A stretch of 64,000 nt of DNA from Azolla caroliniana (Eukaryota > Plantae > Polypodiophyta): the NCBI GenBank assembly GCA_043228905.1, contig JBHGNT010000011.1:15190001-15254000 (forward strand). Direction: 5' to 3'. The number at the start of each line of letters is the position of its first letter. Positions within the stretch are counted from its first letter, which is position 1. A program made the position numbers and the translations under genes. The notes under the pieces were generated by a model. The model was not told the DNA's origin. It was given only the letters and a program-made list of their open reading frames with translations, and did not search any database. This document shows, piece after piece, positions 26,101-38,594 of this stretch.

Positions 26101-29100
26101 CAACAAAAACACGAAGTCGGTTACAACCGAACAGGCCGGCGAACAGATGTCGATGCATGTTCGTAAACGCACAGAAAGACAAGAGCAGGTTGGAGGTGCT
26201 GCCGGAAGCACTCGGGCATTCCTCAGAGCAGCGCGAGCCTCCCGAAACCTGCACAGAAGGAAGCTATGGAGTTTGCGAACCAGAGAGAGAGAGAGAAGCC
26301 TTCGCACGCAAACCGACAGCACTTCGTCCTCGACTCTCCGCGATCCCCTCCCCCTTCTCGTCTCCCTCCTTTTTATAGGCAAGGAAGGAGCTGTTTCCCC
26401 TTTACTTCCTACCCACTAAATCTACCTGCCTAGGATCTTCTATGGACAACATTCGAGAAGAGCCGGCTCCTACGCTCCTGTGCACCAATTCCGCTTGTGG
26501 ACGGTTTTCTTCACGACAACGGGTCGGCTTACGCGAGGGTCAAGAGTCAAGACGGGCATCACTCGGTCCAGTTCCTGACGGTGCGACCGAACCACGAGCG
26601 AAACCGTGAGTCCCTCGGTGGCGAGAACCGAGAGGATTTTTAGAGAGGGCTGTCAAGCCGTGGGGCCGCGATAGTCCGGACACTCCGGTAAAAACCCACA
26701 AATGTACGATAGAGGCGAAACCGAAGAAACCCGTGTGCTCGTCTCGCCACTCGAATTTTCGCCCTTTCTTCAGCAACCCGTATAGCGGCTCCGCAACGTG
26801 GGCGTAATGCGGGATCCATATGTGGTAGAACGCGCATGCCCCCAGGAACCTCCGAACTTCCGTAACCGAGCTACAATCGGTCTTCATCGCGGAGATGGCT
26901 TCTACCTTTGCCGGAGACGGCTTCCGGCCATAAGGTCCACATAGGTGTCCGATTGCCCGAAGGCCGATTTCTCCCCGGAGAAGGTGAGCCTCGCATCCTC
27001 TAGCCTCTGTAGCATCTTCTCGCAGTCGTCGATGTGTGTCACCACGAATCGCCGGCATCTGTCCGGCCCGAGTGTCTCGTCCTTCTCCTCCACCGGGCAC
27101 CCCTTGATCGGGATGTCATCTAGAAACGGCATGGTGATGTCCGGGATGCAATCCCTCAGTACCTTGTTCATTGCATTCACCATGTGGGCTACCGAGTTGG
27201 TCCCTCCTTGTGGCAGGGTACACATACGCACTAGGCCGAGGGGGGTTCGCATCGTCGTAATGTCTCTGCTCTCCACGGCTAGCTGGAACTGGTCGTACCC
27301 CGAGTACAGATCACCGACCGAGTAAATCGACCTTCCGGCGAAGGCCTCTGCGAATTCGTCTATGGTCAGTCCGATTCCTGCGTTCCAAATGGTCACTCTG
27401 TTGACCGGCTGCAGGTCCTGAATGAAGCGCAATGTTCCGTTTTTCTTTGGTACGGTAAACCATCGGTTCGAGTATGGGGCACTCGACGGTTCGAGAATGC
27501 CCATATCGACTTTTTGCCTCAATAGCTCCATCAACTTCGGGATGTGGGCTCTCAGTACTGGACTCGGCTTGAGATTCCACGGCACATGTGGTACCGTGAA
27601 TATCACCATCGACTCCACAATCGTCGGGTCTACGCACCCGATCTCTTCCGGTGAAAACGCGAAGGCTTTCCCGTGCCTTCCGAGCATTCTCCGAAACCGG
27701 TCTTCCTCCGCCGGCAGTAGGAACCCGCCCCCACCGATCTTGAGCTCCTGGAGCGTCCCGTCGGTGAAGGTGTGTCCTATGCAGGCCGGATCTCGTAAAC
27801 TGGGGTCCGACGCAACCCCTCTGATTCGGGACTCGCTGCCCTCTGGTAAGGGTGCCGCGACGGGCCTTACCTTCCGGTCCACAGTCTTGTACTTCGTGCT
27901 AACTCGGGCCGTCCGATCCGACCCGAGCCCCCGACTGAAGTTCGCGATGACTTTGTACATCTCTTCGGAATATAGCGGAATCGTCCGGTCTTCATTAAGG
28001 TCTTCTCCGGCTACCTCCCTCAGCATTCCCAAGGTGTCGTCGAAGGAGACCACCTCCACGGCTCCGCTGTTTTCCTCGTCCGGGCCGAGAACTCCGCACG
28101 CTCGAAGTCGCACTTCCGCCCTTGTCTTTTCTCGGCCGACGATGCCGACTATCATACACCCTCCGTTGTTGGAGAAGCAGAATTTCCTACTTATCGTACA
28201 GGGTTCCTTCGGTTTCGGTTCTATCGTACAGTTGTGGGGTCTTTCCCGAGTGTCCGGGCTGTCTCGGCCCCATGCCTTGGCAGCCCTCTCTAAAAATCCT
28301 CCCGGTTCTCACCACCGAGGGATTCGCGGTTTCTCTCGTGGTTCGGCCGCACCGTCAGAAATTGAACCGAATGGCGCCCGTCCTGGCTTTCGGGCAGGCC
28401 CCGTGCAGTTCCTCGGTGGCGCGCGTCGCCGCCCGTATCTTCCACCCGTGCTTGGTGTTGATCGGCCACTTTCCCTTCTTATAGAAGTCAATGGACATCA
28501 GGTTTATTTCCGAACCGTGGTCCACCAATGCCACCACCGGTTCCTGAACATCTCCGATCTTTACCGGGGACTCTGTGGTCGCTCAGGCCCAGTGCGGCCT
28601 TGAATAGTGGCTCTCCGCCCACTCATCTTTCAGCGCCATGTCGTCGATGTGTGTCGTCCGCACCTCCACCGGTCTTTCCGGTTCCGTCTTCGTCAACAGC
28701 CTCTTCCGTTTCACCAGGTCCACAATGGAGTCGAGGAACTCCTTCTTTGCGATCCCTAGCACCTCTCGCTATGACAGCTCCACTTTGCTGTCGAGGATCC
28801 GTTCTTCTAGGACCTTTCGTAGGTCCGTAGTCCTTTCTATTTCCGTCCCCAGTCGGTATCCACCCTTCCTGGGGTTATCTTGCGCGCTGGACCCACTGGC
28901 ATCGTTCCGTCGTTGCCCGAATCGGGTCTCGTACCGTTGTGAGGGCCCGGCCGCTCCGGCTTTCCCCACTCGTTTGTCTTCTACCAGAGCCTTGTAGTTC
29001 CTGCAGGCGGCTTCTACGAAGCCCGTCTTCTCCTCGACCGGATCGCTCCACCCGGTTATTTCCCGGACCCGCCTCTCAGCGCGGTCCGTTTCATCTCTCC

Positions 29101-32100
29101 TTAGCTGTGCGCCAGCAAGACCTTCCAGCATTGCCAACCAGAATCCGTCTTTGCCCTCTGTTCGGGCCTCGCTGCCCCCGACCCGAATTCCAGCCGACGC
29201 CGAGTAGTGGATGGCCTCTACGTGTCGGGTCCCTGCCTCTTCCATCAGTCTCTTCATACCTCCTCGCCCGTCGTTTCGGTTCAGGGCCCTCCTAGTGTCG
29301 CCGGCGTGCACCCAGCCTTCCCACAGGTACACCACCCGGTTCCTCAACGCCTCTGTGAAATCGACGCAGTCCTTCCGAATGTGGCCGACCTCGTCGCACC
29401 ACATGCACCTGTTCCCCGCTGCCGGCCGTCGGTCACGAGCCGGTTCGCCGCCTTCCCTTCGAGTCTGGGCGATCTGGAGATCCTTTATCGCCGGCGTCAA
29501 CTCCTCTAGCGTTGCTCCTCCGGACGAGCCATTGACCATGCCGGTCGAAGCCGGACCGGTTTCGAGCCATTCCCGGGTTTCTTCCCTTCGCACTTGCGGT
29601 GCCGGTTCAAGCCTCCTTGCTGTGACAGAGCCCGCACCGGCCGCCCCGTTGTCAGCCCATTCTCGCCGTTTGTCGAAACGGCCACAGACTCTCTTAACCG
29701 CAGCCCAGTCGGTTGTCAGCCCGTCTTCGGTTTCCAGCAAGGAGCCGACTTGATCTCTGTCCCGCTCGTCCACCGACTTGACGAACAATAGGACCCGGCT
29801 AGTATCCAGAACGGTTCGGTCAAGCGCCGAAAGGCGCGCAAAGCGTTCTTCGAACTCCCGGAGGAGTGCCGACGCGTTTCTTCCCTTGCCGGGGGACTCC
29901 ACCCATTCCATGAAGTCCCGTTTCGAAAGCCGGAGCGCGTCGTCCATCCCGTATTTTTCTAGGAGTCGCCCTTCGAACTCCTCCCAGGTACGGCTCTCCG
30001 CCCGCACTTCAAGCACCTCTGCATGGATGCTCGGCATCGCCACTCGAGGAAACCCGGCAAGACGCCTCTCTTCCGGAATGTCCCGCATCAGCATTTCTGT
30101 CCCGTAGAACGCCAAATACTTCGTGGCATCCTTTCCGCTGAACCGGCCGATCGTACCAACGACCGCCTCAATGGCTCTGTCGAGGGCGCCGGTGCCCTCG
30201 CGTGCACTCAATATCCGATCCACGGCCAAAGCCATGGCCTCTGCAAGATCCGACCCCTTCATCTTCTACTCTTCTGCCGCCTCCTTCACGTCGGGTTCAC
30301 CAAGATGTCGAGGTTTTCCTCGCGGATGCGTGGAATGAGGCGGGACCTCAGGGGTCCTGTACCGAAGAGCAAGAGAGAAGGGACAAGAGACCCACTACGT
30401 GCAAGCGTAGATTCACAGGGACACGGCCCTTCGACACAAAGACGCGAGTGGGACAGCGACACAGAGAGACACGAATGTATGTATGTATTAACAAAGACAA
30501 CAACAAGAACACGGAAGCAACAAAAACACGAAGTCGGTTACAACCGAACAGGCCGGCGAACAGATGTCAATGCCTGTTCGTAAACGCACAGAAAGACAGG
30601 AGCAGGTTGGAGGTGCTGCCGGAAGCACTCGGGCATTCCTCAGAGCAGCGCGAGCCTCCCGAAACCTGCACAGAAGGAAGCTATGGAGTTTGCGAACCAG
30701 AGAGAGAGAGAGAAGCCTTCGCACGCAAACCGACAGCACTTCGTCCTCGACTCTCCGCGATCCCCTCCCCCTTCTCGTCTCCCTCCTTTTTATAGGTAAG
30801 GAAGGAGCCGTTTCCCCTTTACTTCCTACCCACTAAATCTACCTGCCTAGGATCTTCTATGGACAACATTCGAGAAGAGCCGGCTCCTACGCTCCTGTGC
30901 ACCGATTCCGCTTGTGGACGGTTTTCTTCACGACAACGGGTCGGCTTACGCGAGGGTCAAGAGTCAGGACGGGCGTCACTTGGTCCAGTTCCTGACGGTG
31001 CGACCGAACCACGAGTGAAACCGTGAGTCCCTCGTTGGCGAGAACCGAGAGGATTTTTAGAGAGGGCTGTCAAGGCGTGGGGCCGCAATAGTCCGGACAC
31101 TCCGGGAAAAACCCACAAATGTACGATAGAGGCGAAACCGAAGAAACCTTGTACCATAAGTAGGAATTTTTTGTTTCTCCGACAACGGAGGGTGTACGAT
31201 AGTCGGCGTCGTTGGCCGAGAAAAGTCGAGGGCGGAAGAGCGACTTCGGACGTGCGGAGTTCTCGGGCCCAGCGAGGAAATCAACGGAGCCGTGGAGGCG
31301 GTCTCCTTCGACGATACCTTGGGAATACTGCGAGAGGTGGTCGGAGAGGGCCTTAAAGAGGATCGGACGATACCGGTTTGTTCAGAAGAGATGTACGAAG
31401 TCATCGCGGACTTCAGTCAAGGGCTCGAGTCGGATCAGACGGCCCGGGTTAACACGAAGTACAAGACTATGGACCGGAAGGTAAGGCCAGTCGCGGCACC
31501 CTTACCGGAGGGCAGCGAGTTGCGAATCAAGGGGGTCTCATCGGACCCCAGTTTACGAGATCCGGCCTGCATAGGACACACCTTCACCGACAGAACGCTA
31601 CGGGAGCTCAAAATCGGTGGGGGCGGGTTCCTACTACCGGCGGAAGAAGACCGGTTTCGGAGAATGCTCGGAAGGCACGGGAAAGCCTTCGCATTCTCAC
31701 CGGACGAGATCGGGTGCGTAGACCCGACAGTCGTGAAGCCGATGGTGATATTCACGGTACCGCATGTGCCGTGGAATCTCAAACCAATTCCGGTACCGAG
31801 AGCTCACATCTCGGAGCTGATGGAGTTGTTGAGGCAGAAAGTCGATATGGGCATCCTCGAACCGTCGAGTGCCCCGTACTCGAACCGGTGGTTTATAGTA
31901 CCGAAGAAGAACGGGACGTTGCGCTTCATTCAAGACCTGCAACCGGTCAACAAAGTGACCATTCGGAACGCAGGAATCGGACCAACGATAGACGAGTTCG
32001 CGGAGGCCTTCGCCGGAAGGTCGATCTACTCGGTCGGTGATCTGTACTCGGGGTATGATCAGTTCCAACTAGGCGTAGAGAGCAGAGACATTACGACGAT

Positions 32101-35100
32101 GCGGACTCCTCTCGGCCTAGTGCGGATGTGTACCCTGCCACAAGGAGGGACGAACTCGGTGGCCCACATGGTGAATGCGATGAACAAGGTGCTGAGGGAT
32201 TGTATCCCGGACATCACCATGCCATTCTTGGACGACATCCCGATCAAGGGATGTCCGGTGGAGGAAAAGGACGAAACGATCGGACCGGACGGATGCCGGA
32301 AATTCGTGGCGACACACGTTGACGACTGCGAGAGGGTGCTGCAGAGGCTAGAGGACGCGAGGCTCACCTTCTCCGGGGAGAAATCGGCCTTCGGGCAATC
32401 AGATATCATGGTCGTCGGACATCTATGCGGACCGTATGGCCGGAAACCGTCTCCGGCTAAGGTGGAAGCCATCTCCGCAATGAAGCCCGACTGTAACTCG
32501 GTCACAGAGGTACGGAGGTTCTTGGGAGCATGCACGCTCTACCACATATGGATCCCGCATTACGCCCACGTTGCCGAGCCGCTATACGGGTTGCTGAAAA
32601 AGGGGCGAAAATTCGAGTGGCGAGGCGAGCATACGGAGTCGGTCCGAAAGATGAACGAGGCTCTTGCTGCAGCTCCGGCACTCCGGAAGGCTGTCTACGA
32701 GAAAGGCACTCCCATCTACATAACGGTAGATACAAGTCCGACCGGGATCGGATGGGTCGTCAACCAAGAAGATGAGGACGGGATTCGGTTCCCAATCCGG
32801 TTCGGCGCGAAGGTCCTCAGCGAGTGACAGCGAGGATACGCCCAGGTTAAACGCGAACTCTGGGGTATCGTTTCGGCGGTGAAGGCCAATAAAGACTATC
32901 TGATCGGGACAGAGGTGATTATCGAGACGGACTGCCTGCCGATTCTTGGCATGGTTTCCGGATGCGCAACCCCGGACCTGGCAATGCTCAGATGGATAGC
33001 GTACATCAAGTCCCTGGATCTGGAAATACGACACATTTCCGGGAAAGACAATGCCATGGCCGACATGCTTTCGAGGGCGCGATTCGACAACGAGGGCGGC
33101 ATGGTTTCGGAGGACGAGGAAGTCGGCGTGGACTTCTTCGAGGTGGCTTACGTAACAACCGAGGGGAGCACTTCGGTGCTTAACGATTTCAACGAGAGCA
33201 AGTACGACGGGGAGTGGTTGCGGATTGGGGGATTCTTAAGAACGATGACGCCGGACGCGTCATGGACAAAGGACGAGGCCAACCGGATCCGGAAGAAAGC
33301 GTACCGGTTCTTTCTCCGGGACGGATACTTGTGGAAGCACCCGAAGAAGAGAAACGGCATCCCGCTCCGAGTAGTGGCGATGGAGGAGGAACAGAAGGAG
33401 TTGCTGAAGCCCTACCACGATAGCCCCTGGGCCGGACACCGTGGGACGTGGGCCACGTTCGAGAAACTAAAGGGAAAGTACTGGTGGCCGGGACTGTACC
33501 GGGACATGCATCGGTTCGTGACAACTTGTGAGAGCTGTCAGATTCACTCCATAGTCCGACATCGGGACGAGCTTCACCCTACATACCCTCCGGTCATCCA
33601 CTTCAAATGGATGGTAGATTTGGTGACGATGCCGATGGGCGTAGGGCAGATGCGATATCTGGTGCTGGCCCGGGAGGACCTAACGAACCAGGTGGAAGGC
33701 CGAGCCCTGTAGAACAAAACGACTGCGGTCGTGTGTCGGTTCCTGATTGAGGACGTGATATGCCGGTACGGGTGCGTCGGGAAGATCGTGGCTGACCACG
33801 GGGAGTTGGACGCCGAAGAGGCCGAGGAGCTATTCGACCAGTTAGGGGTCAAGCTCTCGCTCACCATAGCGTACAATCCGGAGGCGAACGGGAAGGTGGA
33901 GCGCGGACACGGACCGATCGTCAAAGCACTAGTCCGGGCATGCGGAGGCCAGGTCGGGAACTGGCCACGACTGTTACCTTATGCCTTGTGGGCGGACCGG
34001 ACAACGCACAGTTCGGTAACCGGGTTCATGCCGTCAGAGCTCATGTTCGGACAGAAGCCGATCATGACGATGGAACGGACGATCTCCTCTTGGGCAACGG
34101 TGGACTGGAGAGACGAGATGAGTCGGGAAGAACTGCTAGCGGCGCGTATACGGCAGCTCGAGCGGAGGCCAGAGGACGTGGAACGAGCGGCGGAGAGACT
34201 TCGAACGGCAAGGATGACGAACAAAGCCCGGTTCGACCGAACGCACCGGCTCCGACCAAAGAAAATCGAGGAAGGCGACTGGGTGCTAGTCTACGACAGC
34301 AGCCTCGACAACCAACACCGAGCAACACGGAAGTTTGCAAAGCGGTGGTTCAGGCCTTACGTGGTAACGAGCGCCAACGACAACGGGACGCATCACCTGG
34401 CGAAACTCGACGGTACGAGGATGGCGATACCAGTAGCAGGGAAGCGGATCAAAGTGTTCAAGAAGCGCCACGACGGCGAACCGGATCTAAGAGGCCTGGA
34501 CAGCGACGACGGACAGTCCGAAATGGAGGACGAACCGATGGACGAAGAACCGGAACTCGGACCGGTTTTCTCCAACCAGAGCGCAATTTTGGCGCATACC
34601 GATAGATGCGCGGTTAGGTGGGGGCGGATGTCGTGAAGAAAACCATCCCTTGGCGCAATCGGTGCATAGCGCGCGCGAACCGGCTCTTCACGTGTGCGCG
34701 CCCCTTAATGTATATAATAGGGAATTAGGTACATAGGTATATCCTGGGTAGTTAGATTCGGTAGGTAGGAAGTAAATGAGGGAAACGGCTCCCTTCTTGA
34801 AGATATAAAAGAGAGGGAGACGCGGGGAGAGGGATATAGCGCATTGAGGAGGACGAAGTGCTGTCGGACCGTAACCGAACGCTTCTCCTCTGTTCGTTCT
34901 CCATCGCTCTTCTCTGCAGGTTTTCGAGAGGTTTGCGCTGCTTCGAGGAACGCCCGTGTGCTTCCGGCAGCACCCCCATCCTACCCCCTTTCGTGCGCAA
35001 ACGAACAGGCATCGGCATCTGTTCGCGTCTTCTGCGTTGACGGGCCGTGCCCCTGTGTTTCTTTGCTCATACGTAACCGGGCGTCTCTCTCTTTCTCTTT

Positions 35101-35181
35101 CCCCTTCTATCACCTGCTCTTCGGTTCAAGACCCCGGTGGTCCCGCTTCGTTTCTCCACGCACGCGTGTAGTAACGCGACA
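23198..35181 (+). mobile_element. TrpGy-1: tRNA-Trp-primed Ty3/Gypsy element (degenerate), containing TrpGy-2
   Basis: LTRs 23198-~23847 and 34629-35181 (3' LTR lacks ~98 bp); PBS TGGTGAACCCGACGTGAA 23852-69; PPT GGTGGGGGCGGA; 4-bp TSD CCGT/TCGT; gag-PR 23865-25888 + 30936-31060, RT-RH-IN 31292-34636 with several nonsense codons. Confidence 0.93.
25889..30935 (-). mobile_element. TrpGy-2: rearranged tRNA-Trp-primed gypsy element (integrase and most of RNase H missing)
   Basis: LTRs 25889-26518 and 30306-30935 (630 bp); PBS 30285-30302; TSD ACGG; gag 28769..30262, RT 26902..28155; host flank duplicated at 26519-~26729. Confidence 0.92.
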
Positions 35182-35185
35182 TCGT

Positions 35186-38179
35186 TCAACTTCCAAAGAA
35201 GTATCATAGTATGCCGATGTGTTTGATAAAGTACAAGCCAGTACGCTTCCTCACCATCGACCATATGATTGCCCCATCAATTTACAACCGGGGAAAGAGC
35301 CACCTTGGGGACCGATCTACAATTTGTCACCAACCGAACTGGAAGTCCTTCGAGCCTATATAGAGGAGAATTTGGAGAATGGTTTCATACGACATTCGAA
35401 ATCTCCAGCCGGTGCACCCATTTTCTTTGTCAAGAAAAAGGATGGCTCACTTCGGCTCGTTGTAGATTACCGTGGCTTGAATAAGGTTACAATCCGAAAT
35501 AGGTATGCACTCCCCCTTATCTCAAGTCTTTTAGAACGAATCAATGGTGCCAGGTTCTTCACGAAGATTGACTTACGGGGAGCCTATAACCTCATACGGA
35601 TCCGACCAGGAGATGAATGGAAGACCGCGTTCCGCACCAGATATGGGCACTTCGAGTATACGGTCATGTCGTTCGGCCCCACTAATGCGCCAGCAGTCTT
35701 CCAGCACATGGCAAATGATATTTTCCGAGATCTGTTGGATGTGTGTCTAATCATTTATTTGGATGATCTACTGGTTTACTCGAAGACCCAAGAAGAGCAT
35801 GATTCTCATGTACTGTTAGTACTAAAACGACTTCGAGAACATGGTCTCTATGCAAAGCTGGAAAAATGTAGTTTCGGGTGCAACCAGGTGGAATTTCTCG
35901 GCTATGTCATTTCCTCAGAAGGCATCTCCATGGACCCAGCTAAGGTCAAAACGGTGGTAGAATGGCAGACTCCGCGTTCGGTGCGGGATGTGCAATGCTT
36001 TCTAGGCTTTGCCAATCTTTACCAGAAGTTTATAAAGGATTACTCAAAGCTCGTTTTGCCTCTTACACAACTTACTAGGAAGGGACAATCGTTCGTTTGG
36101 TCTGAAGAAGCGGACATGGCTTTTGAGAATCTTAAACAGGCATTTACATCGGCTCCGATTCTAGCTCACGTTGATCCAGAAAAACCATTCATCATTGAAG
36201 CGGACACATCGGATTTTGCATTGGGAAGCATTCTATCACAACGAGGTAATGATGAAAAGCTACATCCTGTGGCTTTTCACTCACGCAAGTTTGACGCCGC
36301 CGAAATCAACTACGAAATTCATGATAAAGAGCTATTGGCTATAGTGGACTCTTTTATGCAATGGAGGCATTTTCTAGAGGGATCTTCTCATCAAGTCACT
36401 GTATTCAGTGACCACAAAAACCTCGCCTATTTTCAAGACGCTCGTGTGTTAAATCGACGTCAAGCTCGGTGGGCCCATTTTCTCACGCGTTTCGACTTCA
36501 AGATTACATATCGACCTGGGAAACATCAAGGGAAAGCAGATGCATTATCACGGCGTTCGTACCTAGCACCGCGTCCCGGCGAGCCAGCTTTCGATAACCA
36601 AAAGCAAGTAATCTTGGGACCGGCACGACTGCAAGCAACACAGGTCTTTGGCATGCCCATGGATTCCCACGTTATCGATATCATACGTGCGGACCTGAAG
36701 ACAGATGCTTTCGCCCAAGCTATACTAGCACAAATTGATCCCTCTCGAGCGTCATGTTCACATCCGCAACCACCAGGTACGGACTATCGGCAATTCAAAT
36801 ACCATGATGGATTACTCTTCTTTAAAGAACTTTTGTATGTTCCTAATGGTTCTTCCCGCCTTCAAGTAGTACAAAATTGTCATGACACATATACAGCTGG
36901 GCATTTTGGTAGTACTAAAACATTAGATTTAGTACAACGATCATTCTGGTGGCCCCGTATGCGACAATTTGTCGAAGATTTTGTTCGGACTTGTGACACA
37001 TGCTGCAGAGCGAAAATGCCAAGGCATCATCCATATGGTTTATTAGAACCATTACCAATTCCAAGCAAGCCGTGGCAATCCATTGCTCTAGACTTCATCA
37101 CAGATCTTCCAGTCTCTAAGGGGTTCAATGCGATTCTAACAGTGGTAGATCGATATACGAAGATGGCTCATTTTTTGCCATGTACTAAGGAAATCTCCAG
37201 TGAAGACACCGCCGAAATTGTCATGCGTGAAGTATGTCGGCATCATGGACTTCCCGATAGTATCGTCAGCGACCGTGGACCCCAGTTCATGTCAAAATTC
37301 TGGAAGCACCTTTTTAAAATGCTCAAGGTCACTTGTAACCTCTCCTCCGTCTACCACCCACAAACCGACGGCCAAGCCGAACGAACAAATCAAACGCCGG
37401 AGCAGTACCTGCAGTGCTTTCTCATCTATCATCAGGATGACTGGGCAGATATTCTCCACTTCGCCGAATTTGCCTATAATAACTCTATCCACGCATCGAC
37501 TAAAGTTACGCCATTTTATGCTTATACGGGATGTCACCCCCGGTGGTGTGTACTTGAAACCCCAGAGGTGTCCACAAATCCTTGCGCGGAGGATCGTTTG
37601 GAGCGGTTACACAAGATACAAGCGGATTTATCTACTCATCTCCAACAAGCTCAGCAAACACACAAGGTTTATGCGGATTGTCATCGACTCCCATCCAGTT
37701 TTAACATTGGAGATCGGGTATGGCTACTCCGGCGACACATCAAGACTACTCGCCCATGTGAGAAGTTGGATTATCGGCGATTAGGTCCTTTCCGTATCAT
37801 AAGAAAGATTAATGATGTCGCTTTTCGTCTCGATCTACCTCCACAACTTCGGATACATCCGGTGTTTCATAGTTCTCTCCTTGAACCCTATCAAGATAGC
37901 ACCATCCCAGGACGTATTACATAGCCTCCACCCCCGATCGAGCTTGAAGATGAACCTGAGTACGAGGTTGCCGCCATCCTTGATTCCAAGATTGTTTGCA
38001 ACAAGCTCTACTATCTAGTCGATTGGCTAGGATATAGTCCTAGTGATCGTACTTGGGAACCGATAGAGAATGTCACCAATGCTCGTGCACTTCTTGAAGA
38101 CTTCCATCATCAATATCCAGACAACCAAGTCCTCAATCCAAAACGACTAGTTACACTCGTCGTTTTAAAGGGGGGATAG
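35186..38179 (+). pseudogene. Chromo-2 pol 3' part: RT, RNase H, integrase, chromodomain
   Basis: ORF 35219..37924 (YLDD, IVSDRGPQF, RLGPF); chromodomain EYEVAAILDSK...YLVDWLGY follows an in-frame TAG. Confidence 0.93.
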
Positions 38180-38594
38180 TGTCATGATATGGCAAGACTC
38201 GAACCCATGACTTTATGCTACATGGATCGAGCTCTTGACCATTAGACTATACATTGTAATACGTAGAATATTATTTTCATTTATGTTTTCTTATAGAAAA
38301 TTGATGTATATTCCAGATTTCTCTGGAACATTCTAGAAACTTCAGGAGTATTCCTTAGAACACTATAAAAGGAGGCACGAGGCATTATTTCGAACCAAAT
38401 CGGTTCAACGGTAGTCTTAAGCCTCCTAGCTACTACTGTACATTCTCTTCACATAATATATATCTTTTCTTATCATCTCTCTCTCTCTCTTGATCTCTCT
38501 CTCCCTCCCTCTCACTCACTCTTTCCTTCTCTCGAGAGTTCTTCACCTCTCTTAGTACTAATTCCTTCTCTGTCTTAGTACTGTTCCTTAAAAG

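Larger units (their letters stand above)
20948..38592 (+). mobile_element. Chromo-2: Tcn1/Tf1-like chromovirus containing TrpGy-1/TrpGy-2
   Basis: LTRs 20948-21382 and 38180-38592; PPT AAAGGGGGGATAG; TSD AGGGC (20943-47, recovered at 43944-48 after removing Copia-3). Confidence 0.95.

Noticed and set aside
27422-28603. Long antisense ORFs over TrpGy pol/gag (also 53997..54773, 55871..56683, 62098..62892)
   Set aside because: Shadow frames of GC-rich coding sequence; boundaries differ between paralogues and there are no domain motifs.
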